Assembly (NCBI GenBank): GCA_051362555.1 | Contig: CM120647.1 | Location: forward strand, 14,112,651 to 14,176,650 | DNA: 64,000 bases | Reading direction: 5' to 3' | From: Lingula anatina | Taxonomy: Eukaryota; Animalia; Brachiopoda | Shown: in pieces, positions 20,542 through 35,500 of the stretch | Layout: each line of letters starts with the position of its first letter | Position numbering within the stretch: the stretch's first letter is position 1 | The notes under the pieces: generated by a model | What the model was told of the DNA's origin: nothing | Databases searched by the model: none | What the model saw: only the letters and a program-made list of their open reading frames with translations | Translations under genes and position numbers: made by a program

Positions 20542-23500
20542 AAAGACACACACACTTTTATTTTCTTCTTTGATCTCTCTCCCTCTCTCCCTCCCCATCC
20601 TCTCCGTCACACAAACTGCACATTATGTATACATTAACTTTCTGTTTGTGTTTAGACTCTGCTGAAACGAAGAGAAACCATGTAAAATGTTCTGTATATA
20701 TCCCAGCACTGTGTCTAGAAACTGCTTATAAGTAAGACGTACCATACAGATTACTTATATATCCCAGTCCTGTTTAGAGACTGCTTAAAAAGGAAGTCAA
20801 ACCCCATAAAATGTACTGTATATATTGTAGCCCTGTGTCTAAAGTCTACTAAATAGAAGGCAAACCCTGTAATATGTACTGTTTTTATTGTAGCCCTGGA
20901 CATCAGTGCTGACCTGACGGAGCTTGGCAGGACACCCATCACAGTGGTATCTTCAGGGGTCAAGTCTATACTGGACATTGAGAGGACATTAGAATACTTG
21001 GTATGTGAGAATTAGGGCTCACTCCTATTGAAGCTATTGGTCAACGTAGATAGATCTAACTCTGTCAGGACTCTCGCTGAATACAACAAGTTAAACAGAT
21101 TAACAGGCATCCTCTTGTTTTCAGTGTACTCATATATATTTACCAGCTTCTCTGTAATCTACTCAACACCAGGAGGTGTTAATCTGTGATTTTCATTGCA
21201 TTCAGCAAGAGGCCCAGCAGAGTTGGATCGATCTTTGTAAACTGACAGGTCCAAAGGGATAAGGCTTTAAATTCGATATATGACCTTGGAGTACATGGTA
21301 CATGGGTCTTGAATATGATTTATGAACTTGGTGTTTTTGGATTATTGCTCTTAAATTGGATCCATGATTCAATAAATTATAAAATGTTTAGCTAATTTGA
21401 GCAAAAGATAGGTTAATATGGTATAATTTGTCAATTTAATTTTTACTTACTTATCCTTTTCGCACCATGGTCGGCTCATAAGGTCTTCGCCATCTCCCTC
21501 TATCTTTTGCTGCTGTGCCAGCTTCGCCCCATGTCTGCCCCTTCAGTTCTTTTTGCTCAGCTTCGGCATTTTTTCTCCTTCCCTCTGGTGCCCATGTCAA
21601 GGCTAATTTGGAGTTGTTGTTCTATGTTTTTTTTTTCAAGTGGAAAAACTGTTCATAATAATACAGTTATCTTCTCCATAAATTCATTTTCAAAATTCTA
21701 GGAGACTGAAGGTGTTTGTGTGGCTGCCTATGGCCCCAGCACGCACTTCCCATCCTTCTTCACCCCGCGGAGTGGTCACCATGCTCCCCACAGTGTAAAT
21801 TCCCCTGCTGAAGCTGCCAGAATGATATGTAAGTAGTACAGGCGATTCCAGATGGTTCAGGCTGATCACAGGCAGAAAACAAGGTATCAGAAGCCTGAAA
21901 TCTGACACAAGCATCTAATTGATGAACAACTTGTTGTACCTGTAATGATGCACTTTATATGAGAATGTGGTAACTCGCCCCCTTCTTAAATTCCATGGAT
22001 TTGAACAAGTTCTGGCAAGTTTCAGTACAAGCAAACCAATATTGTTTGAAGTTTTTATAGATGTCAAATTATCCACATTGTGTGCTTTGAACACTCAGTA
22101 ATTTTAAACACCCATACATGTCTTTAAATGTGCGTTTTTTTTTTTTTTCCTCCAGATACTAGCTTGCAATTAGAGCTGGACAGTGGAGTACTTATAGCAG
22201 TTCCCATCCCTGAAGATGACTCTGTGTCACATTTAGAGATTGAACAGGACATTCAGAATGCTATTATAGAGGCGGAGTAAGTATGGGCTGCATTGATAGT
22301 TGGGCAGCATTTTTATTTTATTTTTTAATAATATTTTTTGCTCCAAACTCAATAATTTTAAGTTAATATGGAGCCTCTGGTGATAATAATTAATGTCATT
22401 GTAGAAGGGGAGTAAATTTTGTTTTTAAAGATCTCTGTTGCCAGTTTCTGTATTCTTCTGCATTAATTTTCAGATTATTATATTTTCTAGTTGGAAAAAA
22501 AGGGTGAGAGAGAAAGCATGACCTTAGGATGATGAAAGTGCTGAAAATTTAATATTGATTCTCTAATTCTGTTTTGTTTTTAGACATAAAAACATCAAGG
22601 GGAAAGAAGTGACACCTTACCTGTTAAAGAGGGTACATGAGATGACACAAGGAGACTCCTTAAGAGCCAGTATCCTTGTCACCTTTTTATTGAAATATGA
22701 AAAAAAAGGCATCCTGTGTATTGAATATTCTGAGAAAACAGTCTGTACTGAAATTGTCTAAAGTTTATGTTTAAAAAAAAATGAAACATTAATTCATCTA
22801 TACAGGAAAAATGTTTTCCATTGTTTCTAACAGAAATTGGAAAGCCATGTTTAAATGAATCTTATTTGCGCTCTTTTCCTTTTGTGAACCTGTGAAGTTA
22901 CATGGTCCACTTTGATCATGTGTAGGATAATGTTAAACACGCGTGTTCTTAGTCTAAAACATGTATTTCCTTTACAAGTCTCTCAGATATGGCTCTGATA
23001 AGAAACAATGCAGACATTGGCAGCAAAATTGCCATAGAATTAGCAAAACTCCAAAACCAAAGTTCTGGCCACCAGAGGCCGACACAGCAGCCCAGGTCAG
23101 CAGGAAGTTTGCATCCAGCACCATCTGGTGGGGAGCAAGGAAGGCCTGTTAGTTGACATGTAGATTAGATTCAGAACTTGATTATATGTAATTTGACCAA
23201 TCACTAACTAAAACCACAATGCCTTTGCTAATTATTTTTAGAAAAATCATGTTGACTACATTTAAATGTTATGTTCGATTTAACACCCTTTTAAAGTCGA
23301 TTTCCCTACTTACTTGATTTCCTTACTTTTATTTAAGTTTGAACAAACTGAATGTTGTTTGTTTCTGAGTTGATTATTTGTTATGGGCAGTTGACATGTC
23401 AGATTTATGGGGACAGCTTCATGAAAAGTGGAGTATCATCATGTTTAAAAAATTGGCAGATGTATTTTAATTTCATAATACCAATAATTTAAATAATACA

Positions 23501-26500
23501 AATATGCCGGTCATAATATTTCCGTATATTTCTGAGAGTTGATAAGATAGGTGCAGCAAGGCAATTAACTGGACAGGTGATGTAATATGTTTATTGGTGC
23601 TTATTTTGAAATAACCATTGGGAAGAGAATTTGTGATAAAGAAAATGCAAATTTGATATATTTAATGTGTAGAGTGCGAAAAGAGAGACACAGAGATAAG
23701 TGATTAAAAATAGATGAAATACCACTGAAAAAAAATGTTATTCTATTAAATTAAACCTAAGCGTTTCCATATAGAAATTATAATATGATATTTCTTTGCT
23801 TCAATTTATAATACCTAGTGCCTCGAGTGTATTTCAGGTTTTGTATGCATTTTACATCTCAGGTGGGGAAGACAATCTGACTCATACGTACACAGCCAAA
23901 ATGATTTTTTTTTTTCTTTTTTGAGAATGCCAAAGGATACCTTGTCTCTTATATCAATCTCAATGCTTTAGATAATAAAGCACTAAATTTAAAATGTTGA
24001 GTGCCATAATGGAATAAATGACTTATACAAGTTATAAGTTAGCTTGATAACGAAAAAAAATGGATTAAGGTAAGATAATTTATGCACTTCTTCTATAATT
24101 TGGTTTATGAAATAGTTTTGTTTTCAAGATGATGTTAAGATATTTGTGAAGCGGGATAGAATTTAGTTTTCTTTTCTAGTATAATGTTATATTTTCCCCT
24201 TTCAAAACCACTTAAAGATTCATTTTGGGGACCGCGATGTGGATATTTTCTAAAGATCATCCGTGATAACTTCTTAATGTTAACAAGTCTGTGTGTAACA
24301 CATTGTTTCATGTATCACTTGTGGTTGATTTGTAAAAATAGTAAAGATATGGGTCAAACCTGTCTTAGGCCCCATTCAAAATAGATGATCTAAGTACTAA
24401 CTGATCCGCCGACTAAATATGGCCGACCACACTTCAAAAGAAGTGCTGCTGATTCTCGATGGTCTCCCCAACTCCACACACGTTATAGCTGCAGGGACCC
24501 AGCAGTTAAACCTCGGAGCCGTTTAATCTGTTTAATGGCGCATGTGGAGATGGGGAGACCAACGAGAATCAGTGGCAGCTCTTTTGAAGTGTGGTTGCCC
24601 ATATTTAGTCAGCGAATCAGTTAGTACTGGGATCATCTATTCTGAATGGAGCCTTACTAAAAGAAAGTAAATTAATAAGATTTAAAATATATATTAAATG
24701 TTCAAAACATTTTAATGTTGGTAGTGTTTTAACCTTTTACATCATGTCATCACAAGCAAGACAATAAAATGAAACTTGGAAAATTGTTAGTAATATTCTT
24801 TTTCCAAGCTACTTAACAAATTTGTTAAGTTGTAAAAGTAACAAATGGTAGGGATTAAGATTTGAAATGAGTGGTAACTTAGCAAACTTTTAAGTTAAAA
24901 TTATTAATATTAAGCTAAATACCAAAATTAATATTTTAGTTGATAAGTATTAAGTTGTTTCTTGTTCAGGGACCTATTTCTTGTACACTATTTTTGAGAG
25001 TATATTTAGAAAATGCTTTTTTTTTATTAACAAATGTTACTCATCATATACCTGAGGGAATTAACAATATAATGTTTTTAAGCATGTATGCCATAACTTG
25101 AACTACACCCTACTGTCAGTTTCTTTATCAAACAATAAAAGATTTTAATCAACTGAATTTTTGTACTTTATGTTATTTCTTTAAAAACTGACTTGAACTT
25201 GACAATTGTCATTTAATCATATTTGACAGAGAGGTAAAATGCCTTTCAGTTCCCCAAATATTGTTAAACGGGGTATTTATTTAAAAAATGCAATTATGCT
25301 CTGCAATTTGGAGTAGCCATTGAGACACCTTGTAAGTAAGACAGGTGGGGGGGGGGGGGAGTGGATACCTAATGTTTGAAGGGCACAGGTTCTTTTATTA
25401 TCCCCAGAAATGTCACAGTAACAGTTATGTCCTGAGGCACAGCCAACTTCAGCATTCACCCTGGTATAAGCTGTGATGGAAGTAGCCAATAGCAAGTGAC
25501 TACACATTCGGGGCTAGTCATAAAAGGCCTACAGGGAACAGTAAAATAACACAAAAAGATGGAAGAGTCACAGAATAAGACCTGGATTTGCCAATGAAGT
25601 CCCACATGGAACAGTTGGAGGAGGAGAAGCACACGGAAGAAAAGAGATGTGAGGATATGATTCTAGACAGATTGGACAGTCAAACAACTGGGTATAATCA
25701 TAAGGAAGGTACAGGGAGATGAGAGGCATAATAGGAGCTGGTGGTAGTGGTTGGATCTGGACACATACATGTACTAATATTGCACTGAATAAACTAACGT
25801 GGTGTTGAGAATATCGTCAGTCCTGCACAGTATAGAGAGCAGAACACCTACAAATAACACCAAAAAGTGGAATAGTGCTGAACTTTTTAGTTCTTATCCA
25901 AGTACAATGATAGTTATTACTAAAATATATTATTATAGTTATTATTAATATAGTTATTATAATATAGTTATAGTTATTATAAATATACTCAAATCATTGG
26001 TGCTATTACACTGGTGCTGGGATTCACATGGCTGGAATTTGCTATTTGCATTTCATATATCATTCCACTTTCAGGTTCATACCAAAGAAATACTTCAAAT
26101 GCTTGAAATAGGACAGGTTTAAAGAAAAAGGTTCTTCATTTCTTATTTCAGGTCGTTATAGGTGGCACCATTGTAGACTTCACAATCACCGCCACAGACC
26201 CCAATCTCAAGGAAGATGGTGGAAGCTACCCTGGTCACATGAGGCAGTCGTTTGGTGGAGTCGGGAGGAATCTAGCGGATGGATTAGCTCGCCTTGGCTC
26301 CAATCCTTTCTTCATATCGGCCATTGGTACAGATGGGCATGCCGAGTCCATGTTGAACTACTGTAGTCACATGGTAACAATCAGGTTTTATTTTTGGGCT
26401 TGTTTATTTTTTCCTTCATTTTTCAATTAAGAAAGTCATTGATTCTTTGCTCTCCAATTTGTTGGTTCCTACATTGATTGGCCAGTTTCACAAAAGAGCT

Positions 26501-29500
26501 ATTTTCCAAAAAATGAGTCTTAACATTTATATACAAAAGTTAGTCTGCTTCAGGGTATTAAAGTACTTTAAATTTTGGGCTATAGCTTTTTCTAGGTAAG
26601 TGGTCCCATATAATGTTTTGTTTATTCATTTATTTATTTATTAAAATCATTTTCATGCAAAATTTTATGTTAAATTTGTTGTCTCTCTTTTTCTTCTCTT
26701 GGCGGAGAGAGATTGGTCAGTAGTTTATTTTCATTAAAATACAAAAACTTCACAATATTTTAACATTAAATTTTGATACTTATTCAAGGACTGCAGTGGT
26801 ATAGCACAGCATGAGACCTACTCCACTGCCACCTATTGTGCAATTCTAAGACACAGCGGTGAGTTGATGTATGGTGTGGGGGACATGGAGATTCATTCCA
26901 CCATCACACCCGAATACGTGAGTACAGTAACTCTTTAATTATCACTACTGTAAAGTATAAAATGATATCAAATTTAACACATTAAATCTTCATCCAAGAA
27001 GAGATTATTTATTACAGCTGGCCAGGACCTAGTATGTTTATATAGTCTGACTCTTACAATTCCTGGATCACTTTCTACAATTAACCTCTCAACTGCCTCC
27101 CTCCATACTGACATTTTGACCCCGTTCTCAGTCATGTATCTAAAATATAACTATATAAGTGAATACGCACACATTCAAGATACCACGGTAACCCTGATAT
27201 TCTGATGAGATGTTATTATGCAGAATTCAGAAATAAAATTCCACAATCACGAAATTGTGTTAAATGTTAATCTAAACATAGATAATGTCATTAAAACTCC
27301 AGATTCCATGGTAATATGACAGAGTTTTAACTATTTAAACAATTTATTATATAATAAATTTTTATTCACAGATTGCCAGATACGAGGCCAAGCTGTGTCA
27401 AGCTCCCATAGTTCTTATTGATGGAAATATCCCAGAATCCTCCATGGAATATGTCTGCAACGTCTGTGATAGAAATCAAGTACCAGGTAAATGAAAAAAA
27501 ATAATACCCTGCTGTCTTTTATTTGGTTTATTTCTTCATGAAGTATTACTAGTATGGGTGAGGTAAACACTGCCATTCAGAAACTGTAGTGCTGAGCCCC
27601 TGTAGATGATGCATTGTACGAGGTGGCAAGATTAACAGAGGCCATAACTTTTTTTAGGGGTAGGCTATACTTATTTTAATTCAAATTTTAATTTGAATAT
27701 TCAAATAGGATTGGGTTTATGAAATTACAATCTCAGAAGAAAAGAAGTCTGAGTGTGCGTTTGAGAGAGAGAGAGAGACAGAGAAACTGTGCCTCTACTT
27801 AAAAAAAACTGCAACACCATACTTAGTATGTTTACTATTTCTTTATTTACATTTGCTTATAAAATTTTTTTTTTTTTTTTCTGGTATGAAATGCTTCTGA
27901 CAAACTTGACTTCTGTTTGTTAAGTCTTCTCAGTTAAAACAATCGAAAAAACAGGAAACATTTTAGGAGAAGAAAAATATATCAAGGACAAGCAGTATAA
28001 GTTGGTAAAAATATGAATATTTCCATAGATATATTGAGTCTACTAGTGTTCTATCTACATATGCTACATATTCCATTCAGATGTGTTGACGAGTAGTACA
28101 ACAGTTTTTTCATTCAAAATATGGATAAAAACATAAGTAATGTCTCACAAGGTCATATTCTATTACTAACTATTCTAAAACATTCAGTTTTGCTTTGTTA
28201 AACTAATGCCTAAGGGATAAGACATATTTACAAATAATACAAAGGTTCATATACATTTTGCATTTCATTTGTCAATTCCTCTTAAAAAAAGCACCCATGA
28301 ACATTGTTTTATTCACAGTAAAATATCAAAATTGTTCACATATAGTTCATGTGTTTATACAGGGATGTAAGTAGAGCACTTTTTCACTCATTGTATGGGT
28401 TTTTACAATATTTCCTGTAAATGCACTTCCTATAAAACTGTCTGTTCTGTTGCAAAGTCACTGTCCCTATTTCAAGTGAAATATTTTGAAACTTAAAAAA
28501 TATTTACATTACACTTTTGGTATAAAAATCTACAATTATTCTACATGATATTAAACAGCAACAGTCCTGGAAATTGCCACACATTTTACTTCATCTCCGC
28601 CTCTTTCTCATCTGACAATTGGGCTCTCGTTAAAAGCATCAGCATCCCAGAGAAAAGAGCCAAAAATGCAGACAAGACAGCAAGTCCAAAAGACCATGAC
28701 ACCCGGTTGTTGTCAGGGTCTGGCATCCAGGTGCGGCCATCTTTGGTTATGGTTCCAAAAACTGTGACGATGATTCCTTCTAGTAATGCTGTAAAAGAAA
28801 ACAACCAAGTGTTTCATGATAGCCTTTTTGTATGAATCAATTATCCTTTTATAATTAAAATGTATTATTTTTATCTACATTATTTTTCATGGCTGCATTA
28901 GTTTTACTCTTTAGTTATTTCAGTAAATCTTTACTGAACTCTTGCGTATCTTTCAATAAAAAAATGTCTCATTTATTACCACTTTGGCACAAAGGGCTTT
29001 AGTTTTTTCCTCCAATCTTGTGCCACCCCCTTTGTGAGAAGTTTGTGAATTTCAAAAAGCTAATGAACTTTATATAAAGAAGTTTGAGAATCAGTCTCAG
29101 TGGAGGTTGATGGCAGGTGTAAGGGTTTTCTAGTTCTTTAATCTGTATACACAACCTGAGCTCCCCCCCCCCCCGCCATAATAAATAGGTAAATAATTAA
29201 AATAGATAATAGTGATAATAATAATAATAATCTGAGGAGCATTCAATTCTGCCCAATGGTTGTAATTTACTAATATTAGTCACAAACTTGCTGCTGTACT
29301 TATTTCCCCTAAGCTCTTAGGGCTTGGTTATCTATTTCACCACCCTTCCGTATCTTCCAGATTTTCTTTTCCTGTCCCTAAATTTACAAGGTGATAATGG
29401 TGGTTTTATTGTGTCTGTGCACACCTTCAAAGACCCCCCCCCCCCCCCCACCCCCAGATAATTCTAACCAACCACTTTCTAACCAGCCCGTCTCAGTGCA

Positions 29501-32500
29501 GGTGATTGCAGGCAGTGTTTGCTGCAGTTACGTATTCCACATGAGCTCTTGGGGCTTTCCCCAAATTTTTACTTATCTTCCCTAAATTCACAGGATGATA
29601 AAGGTGGGATAAGTGTGTCTGTGCACACTTTCAAGTCCCTGCCCCCTACAATTATTACTAATCAGCTATTGCTACTGACCCAAATCTTTAAAGTTATCAA
29701 GTACAAACCTGCAGCAATGCTTATTCCTCCTGAGATTTTTAATGCTGAGCTATCTGTCTCACAGCACTGGAAGAGGAAGCCTCCCTCTGCAAAGGAGGCG
29801 GTCATGAAGACAAACACGGCAATCAGACTCAGGTACTGGCAGGCGATGAACCACGCTGTGAAAGAGATGTAACAAGAAAGTCAATTAAATGAGTACCAAA
29901 ATAAATGTTGTTAGTCATCCAGTAGAATAAGAATGATAAAAATGAATGATTCTGATACTGGAACCTGCATTATGTCAGTTGTTAAATGTAAGTTCCAGTA
30001 TCAGAGTTATTCATGTTTATTAAAGTGAATTAAAATTAGGATTAGATGAAAAGTTCAAAATAGAATTAAGTCCCAACTCAAGTTTTATTTAACTACAACA
30101 CTACTGTTGTCTATGACTATAACATGTGTACAATAGCATTAATAATATATAGCAGATACTAATAGGCTAACCCAGGCTTCAATAGAATATTGACATGTAC
30201 AATTTAACAATAATTGATACATTAAAATGAAGTAGGATAATTTGATTGAACTTGGCTGTGATTCATTTCACAAAGCATAAATATAAAATTAATGTAGTAT
30301 ACATCTTTATAGATGAATAACACCTTATATCTAAAGACATGGTTGAAATTAAGTTTTTTTCCCAATTATGGTATAGATATCATTAATCTACAGTGGGATT
30401 TTATTGCAGGTTGATAAGAAAATCAATTTGCATTTTAATCAAGATATTTGACCAGTGACTCACACCTGTTGATGCAGGTTGAATTTGGGGTCACTCATGA
30501 CAGTGAGACTTAAAGTCTTTACAACAAACTCATTGAATTTAACAGGCATTTTTACACCATTTATAAGACACAATTTAAATTTTTTACAACAGGTATCATT
30601 TTGAAGAAAAGGTGTTATATTTAAACCTGAGTAGTGTATTATTTGTAGTTTTGAAGTGAAACAAATGCTGTTTTTTTGCCAGTATCTCCTGGTGAAAAAT
30701 TCAGAAATAACATCCACTTTCACTAAACACATTTTACATTGTGCACAAACTCATAATGACCTCTCTTGTCATATATTTCAGTATATATCCCTCAATACTC
30801 ACGTGGCATTAAGTGGTCTCTCATCCACCAGTATTCTGGAGAATAAACCCACCAACATCCACTGTAAGGCTTGGCTAACAGGTCATCTGGGTTTCTGTAA
30901 TTGTCCAGGCAAAACTCCCACAGTCCACACCGCACAAAGCCATGGCTGTCTCTAATGTCTGATTTCTCATACCAGTTAGGGGTACAGAAGCCTACTATGT
31001 TGAAAAGTAGAGCTAATAGGCTTAATGCGAAGCCGATGTAAAATGTAGCGTTGGACCCCATCTTTAAGTCTCCAAATTCAAGATGGTGGCCTCCTTCTAT
31101 GGCAGTTGAGGGGGGAGTGCAGGTCTTTGGGACTGATGGGTAATTCATTATTGTTTGGTAATTTTGAAATTTTGTTTTAAGATTCTGCAGTTGGTATGTA
31201 TTTAGGATCGACCAAAATTGTCATATGTACAATTGATATGGTTTTATTTCTTTGATATTTCATGTTTTATTAGATTTATTCTGACTATGGAAGTCATTAA
31301 GTCCTGAGTTTATCAATCCCATGAGACCTTTTTTCACCTGGCCATGACAAACATACCTGGCTGCCATTTTAATGAGATCATAAACTGGGTCACTTGTATT
31401 CCAGCTGAAGGGGTGACAGGTTGTGTCACCCTGTAAACACCAGATAAAGATATGATTGGTTTATTACCCAGGCTTTAAACTTTATCAGTTACTGCAGTTA
31501 AAGTTAGGGCAAGTGCTGTAAACAATGTGATACAGATTTGTGGGGAAAAAATTGGCCAAACATTTTACTTATATTCATCTATTTCATTTTTGGTGTTGAT
31601 GACCAATTTAATTGTTTGGAATTTAGGCTTAAACAGTGATCTTACAAACATGGGTGCAACTCCAAGAAGTGTACATTTAAAAAGAAATGTTTCTGAAAGT
31701 AGCCAGGTGTATTCAAGTAGAATTGGCTCATTGCAAGGCTAATTGTGAATTGTTAAAGATATAATTAAATGATGCATAATCCCAATTTTTTTGCTTTTAT
31801 GCGATGAGTGGAAAAGTCAGGATGTGATAAAAATAATTCTTATTACCTGTTTAATCTGAATCTGATCAAATATAAAGCTCTGGAGCATCTTAAATGAATG
31901 AAAATCAAACATCATGTCCATTTTACAAAAGTCTTTTTATTTTAAAAAATGTATCTACGTGGCTTCAAGTCATCTACAGCAACCCTACTTCATAGTAGCG
32001 TTAAAAATAGGTATGATTTACATCGTATAGACCCATTTGCTTACTATCTAATATTAGATATTGGCTGAATTTGGGCTGAGGGATAATTATCTGGTAATTG
32101 CATGCTTTATTCAAACAAAGTTAATTAAATCTATTTCTCAAAACAAACTCCCATTTTTTGACAAAATCCGAAAAAGATGACTCATGGTTTCTCAAAATCA
32201 AGCTAAATTAATATCAAAAAGTATGCCTTGATTGGGAGAAACTAAATGATCAGTTTTGATTCTGGAATAAGAAATAGAAATAAACGAAATGTTTGGAATA
32301 AGTGATCAATTACCAGACTTGTGACCCTTTTATCTTCATTCAGGAATCAGTTGCAAGCAACTAAATTCTTATATACATACGAGCACATATGAGCTAAAAT
32401 AATTACCAGAACATGTCACTTAGTACCAAACTATTATATATATCAAAACCCTGATATGTTTGACCTAAGTTTTCAAAATAAAAAGCATATGAAAAGGAAT

Positions 32501-35500
32501 GAAATTTGCCATTGTCACATATTGAGAGAAACAACTTGAGAAATATATTGGAAAAGACAGCTGTTATCTGTCAATATTTCTAGGTTCTTTGACCCATACC
32601 TGCACAGTGCAAATTATTACTTTAACTCAAGAGATTATATCTCAGCAATAAAAGACTAGTCATTCCTAATAATTATGGAAACTATTTAATATGATACAGT
32701 AAAGAATGTCAGGTTTTTAAGTAATATACACAGCTCGAGTTACTCTTTGGGTTCTGCGTTGCAGGCAGTTTTTTGTACAATTGTCCAACTTCCTTTCACG
32801 GAAGTGTGGCTTGGTTCAAAGATGGGCACATTAAACCACATATTTAAGTATTTCAGGAATAGAATGTGTGTATGAAAATATTTTGAACTATCATTTTTAT
32901 ATTTCACAGTACCAGATTAGCAGGTCCTCCCATTGTTTTGAGATAACTTTAAACGGCACATCTTATTTCTATACAGAACTAGTTTTGAATGTTGGTCCCC
33001 TTTTTTACATATGAATCAATACCATGCAGAAATTTTTAAAAAAATCTCCATATGTATAGACAGAAAAATTTTGTTTTGTGATGTAAACACATCTCAAATG
33101 GTTAAATATTTTACTTTAAGCATTTAATTAGAAGTTGAGAAATAAAAAAAATTAATGTATCTAATAGAAAACTTGGTAGTCTAAGAACAAATATACATAT
33201 TTTTACTATCCATGTTGCCATGGCACCACATATACATTGTACTAAAAGTTACGAAAATATGTACAACTAAATAAAATGCAACCATTGAACATAGTGAAAA
33301 AATCCACAAGAAATGTTCTAAAAGGGAATATATGGGTCTTTATGAAAGTCGCGAATATTCAGAAAGAACCAACATTAAATGTATTATAAAACAAAATTGC
33401 TTTTTAAATACAGTTTCCATGTGAATATTTGTAGAATTTGAAATGGTGAATTGTGTAGAAAGTCCTAAATGGTAATATTTAAGTCCCCCTGCCAGTATCT
33501 TGGAGACCAGTTAAACTTTTATTCAGAGTATACTGTGAGGTCTTAAATGCCATTTAACACCCAGTCATGACATCATAAGAGCTCCTAAATTCCATTTATA
33601 CACTCGGTCGTGATATCTTGAGGGGTCTTAAACGCCATTTATAATCCCAAAAAACATTTACATATGAGGAGGTGGGATTGTTCCCATGTTAAAAGAGTTC
33701 GGGTCCTTCTTAATCATGCGTGATAGCTTGGATCCCGCCATAGCAAGACCGCATCCTGCGAAACATGCAACAAATCCGGAGAGCACGGCAAAGGCGTACG
33801 ACCATGACAGGTAGTTGAAGTCAGGGCGCGGCATCCAGGTCCGGTCACCGCTGAGGGCACCAAATACAATCACCACCATTCCTTCTATGATACCTAGGCA
33901 AAAGGAAAAAAGATAGATACAGACTAACTATTTGGTTATACTGAGTAGGTTTATCAGTCTGGTATTAATTATTGTAGAATTTTTTAGAAAAAAATTTTTT
34001 TGAAGAGTATTTCAATCTGTTGTGTCCATTTGTCTGCCTCGTTGAGTAACATGCCAACAGGCAAAATAAAAACATGGTATGGGTTCAATTGAGGTTTCTT
34101 GACTTTGGGTTTCATATTGTGTGTTCAATGACATGTTTTCTAAACACAAGTAGCACAAAAAATCTTGGCTATCTCAGTGCTTGGTCTTTCAAAACGGGAG
34201 GGTGCAGAGTTGACTCACAAGTAGGTGGCAGCAATCATGGCATTTTTAACAATAATGAATATGTAGTAAAAAACCAATCTGATAAGGATACATGCAGTTT
34301 ATTGAGGCATCCTACAAACATAGGTCATAAATTTATAAATCTAGTCAAATATTAGGGCCAAAATTAATCACATGGCTATACTTACATGCACAAACCATCA
34401 AGAAAGCTGACAGGTAAATTGAGGGAACCTCAAGTGTTGTGGAGCAACATCTCATGTAGTAGATACTTTGAATACACAAGGCCAGGAGTTCTAGAACCAA
34501 GGCAGATACTGATAGCCACTGGGCGGCAATGAACCATGCTGGAATAAGAAAAAATGTGATTTTACTTAATGAAATATTTATAATACTTTGGATACACAAG
34601 ACTGAGAGTTCAAGAACCAATGAAGACAGACACTGTACAATAATGAACAAGCTGGAACAATTAAAATGCAATAGCATTTAATGAAATGTTTAAGATAATT
34701 TGTAATAGCAATAGTAAGTGTAGTAATAGCAATAGTAAATGATGAACAATTGTCATGTTAGTCGGCATGCTGTGTAAGCTTACCTATTTAACCTAGCATT
34801 TAATAATTTGGGGGGATGTCTTTAACATCACTTACAGACATTAAGTGACAGTGAGCCATGCTTTAACAACAGAAAAATGCAAAGTAAAATATCTAAACAT
34901 GACACTTATCAAATATCAGGAAAACTCATTAGCTGGTAAAGCATCATGTTAAAATTATTTTAAAAAATGAGCTAACTTTGATGTTTCTGATAGAATTGGT
35001 TTCATTTAGACTCTACCTGGTATAGGTTAGTGCAGTATATGAAGTGGTAATTAACCTCATATAATACTTTTCAAACATTTTAAAACTCAGCAAGTTGATT
35101 TTTTTTTCATCTGCTCTAATCGAATAGTTTTTGGCAGACCCAAGAAAAGATGGTCCAGTTGGCTTTTGTAGAGATAAGTGCCTATTTAACACTTTCACTG
35201 TATCATGTTAGCTCATATATTATGTATTGTTTTCCAGTAAAAAAAATATGTTGTGATTTCAATTAATCAGCTGTCTAAGTGCCACAAATATTTTAAAGAA
35301 TTTTGGTTTTCATGAATCAGTCTCTTCAGATTTTATATTTAAAGAAGCAAAGTTCTTAAAATTTCAATTTTCTCTTTACTTCCTAAATACCAAGCAGCCA
35401 TTTTGAATTCCCAGCAACTGACTCACAATTAAAAACAAAATCACACCTTGACCTAAATTTACCTGCCGGTATAACAAACCCTAGTTTTTCTTATATTCTA

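Noticed and set aside
31062-31148. N-terminal extension of ORF 30792-31148
   Set aside because: Comparison with paralog B favours ATG 31061; the upstream ATG cannot be excluded but has no support.
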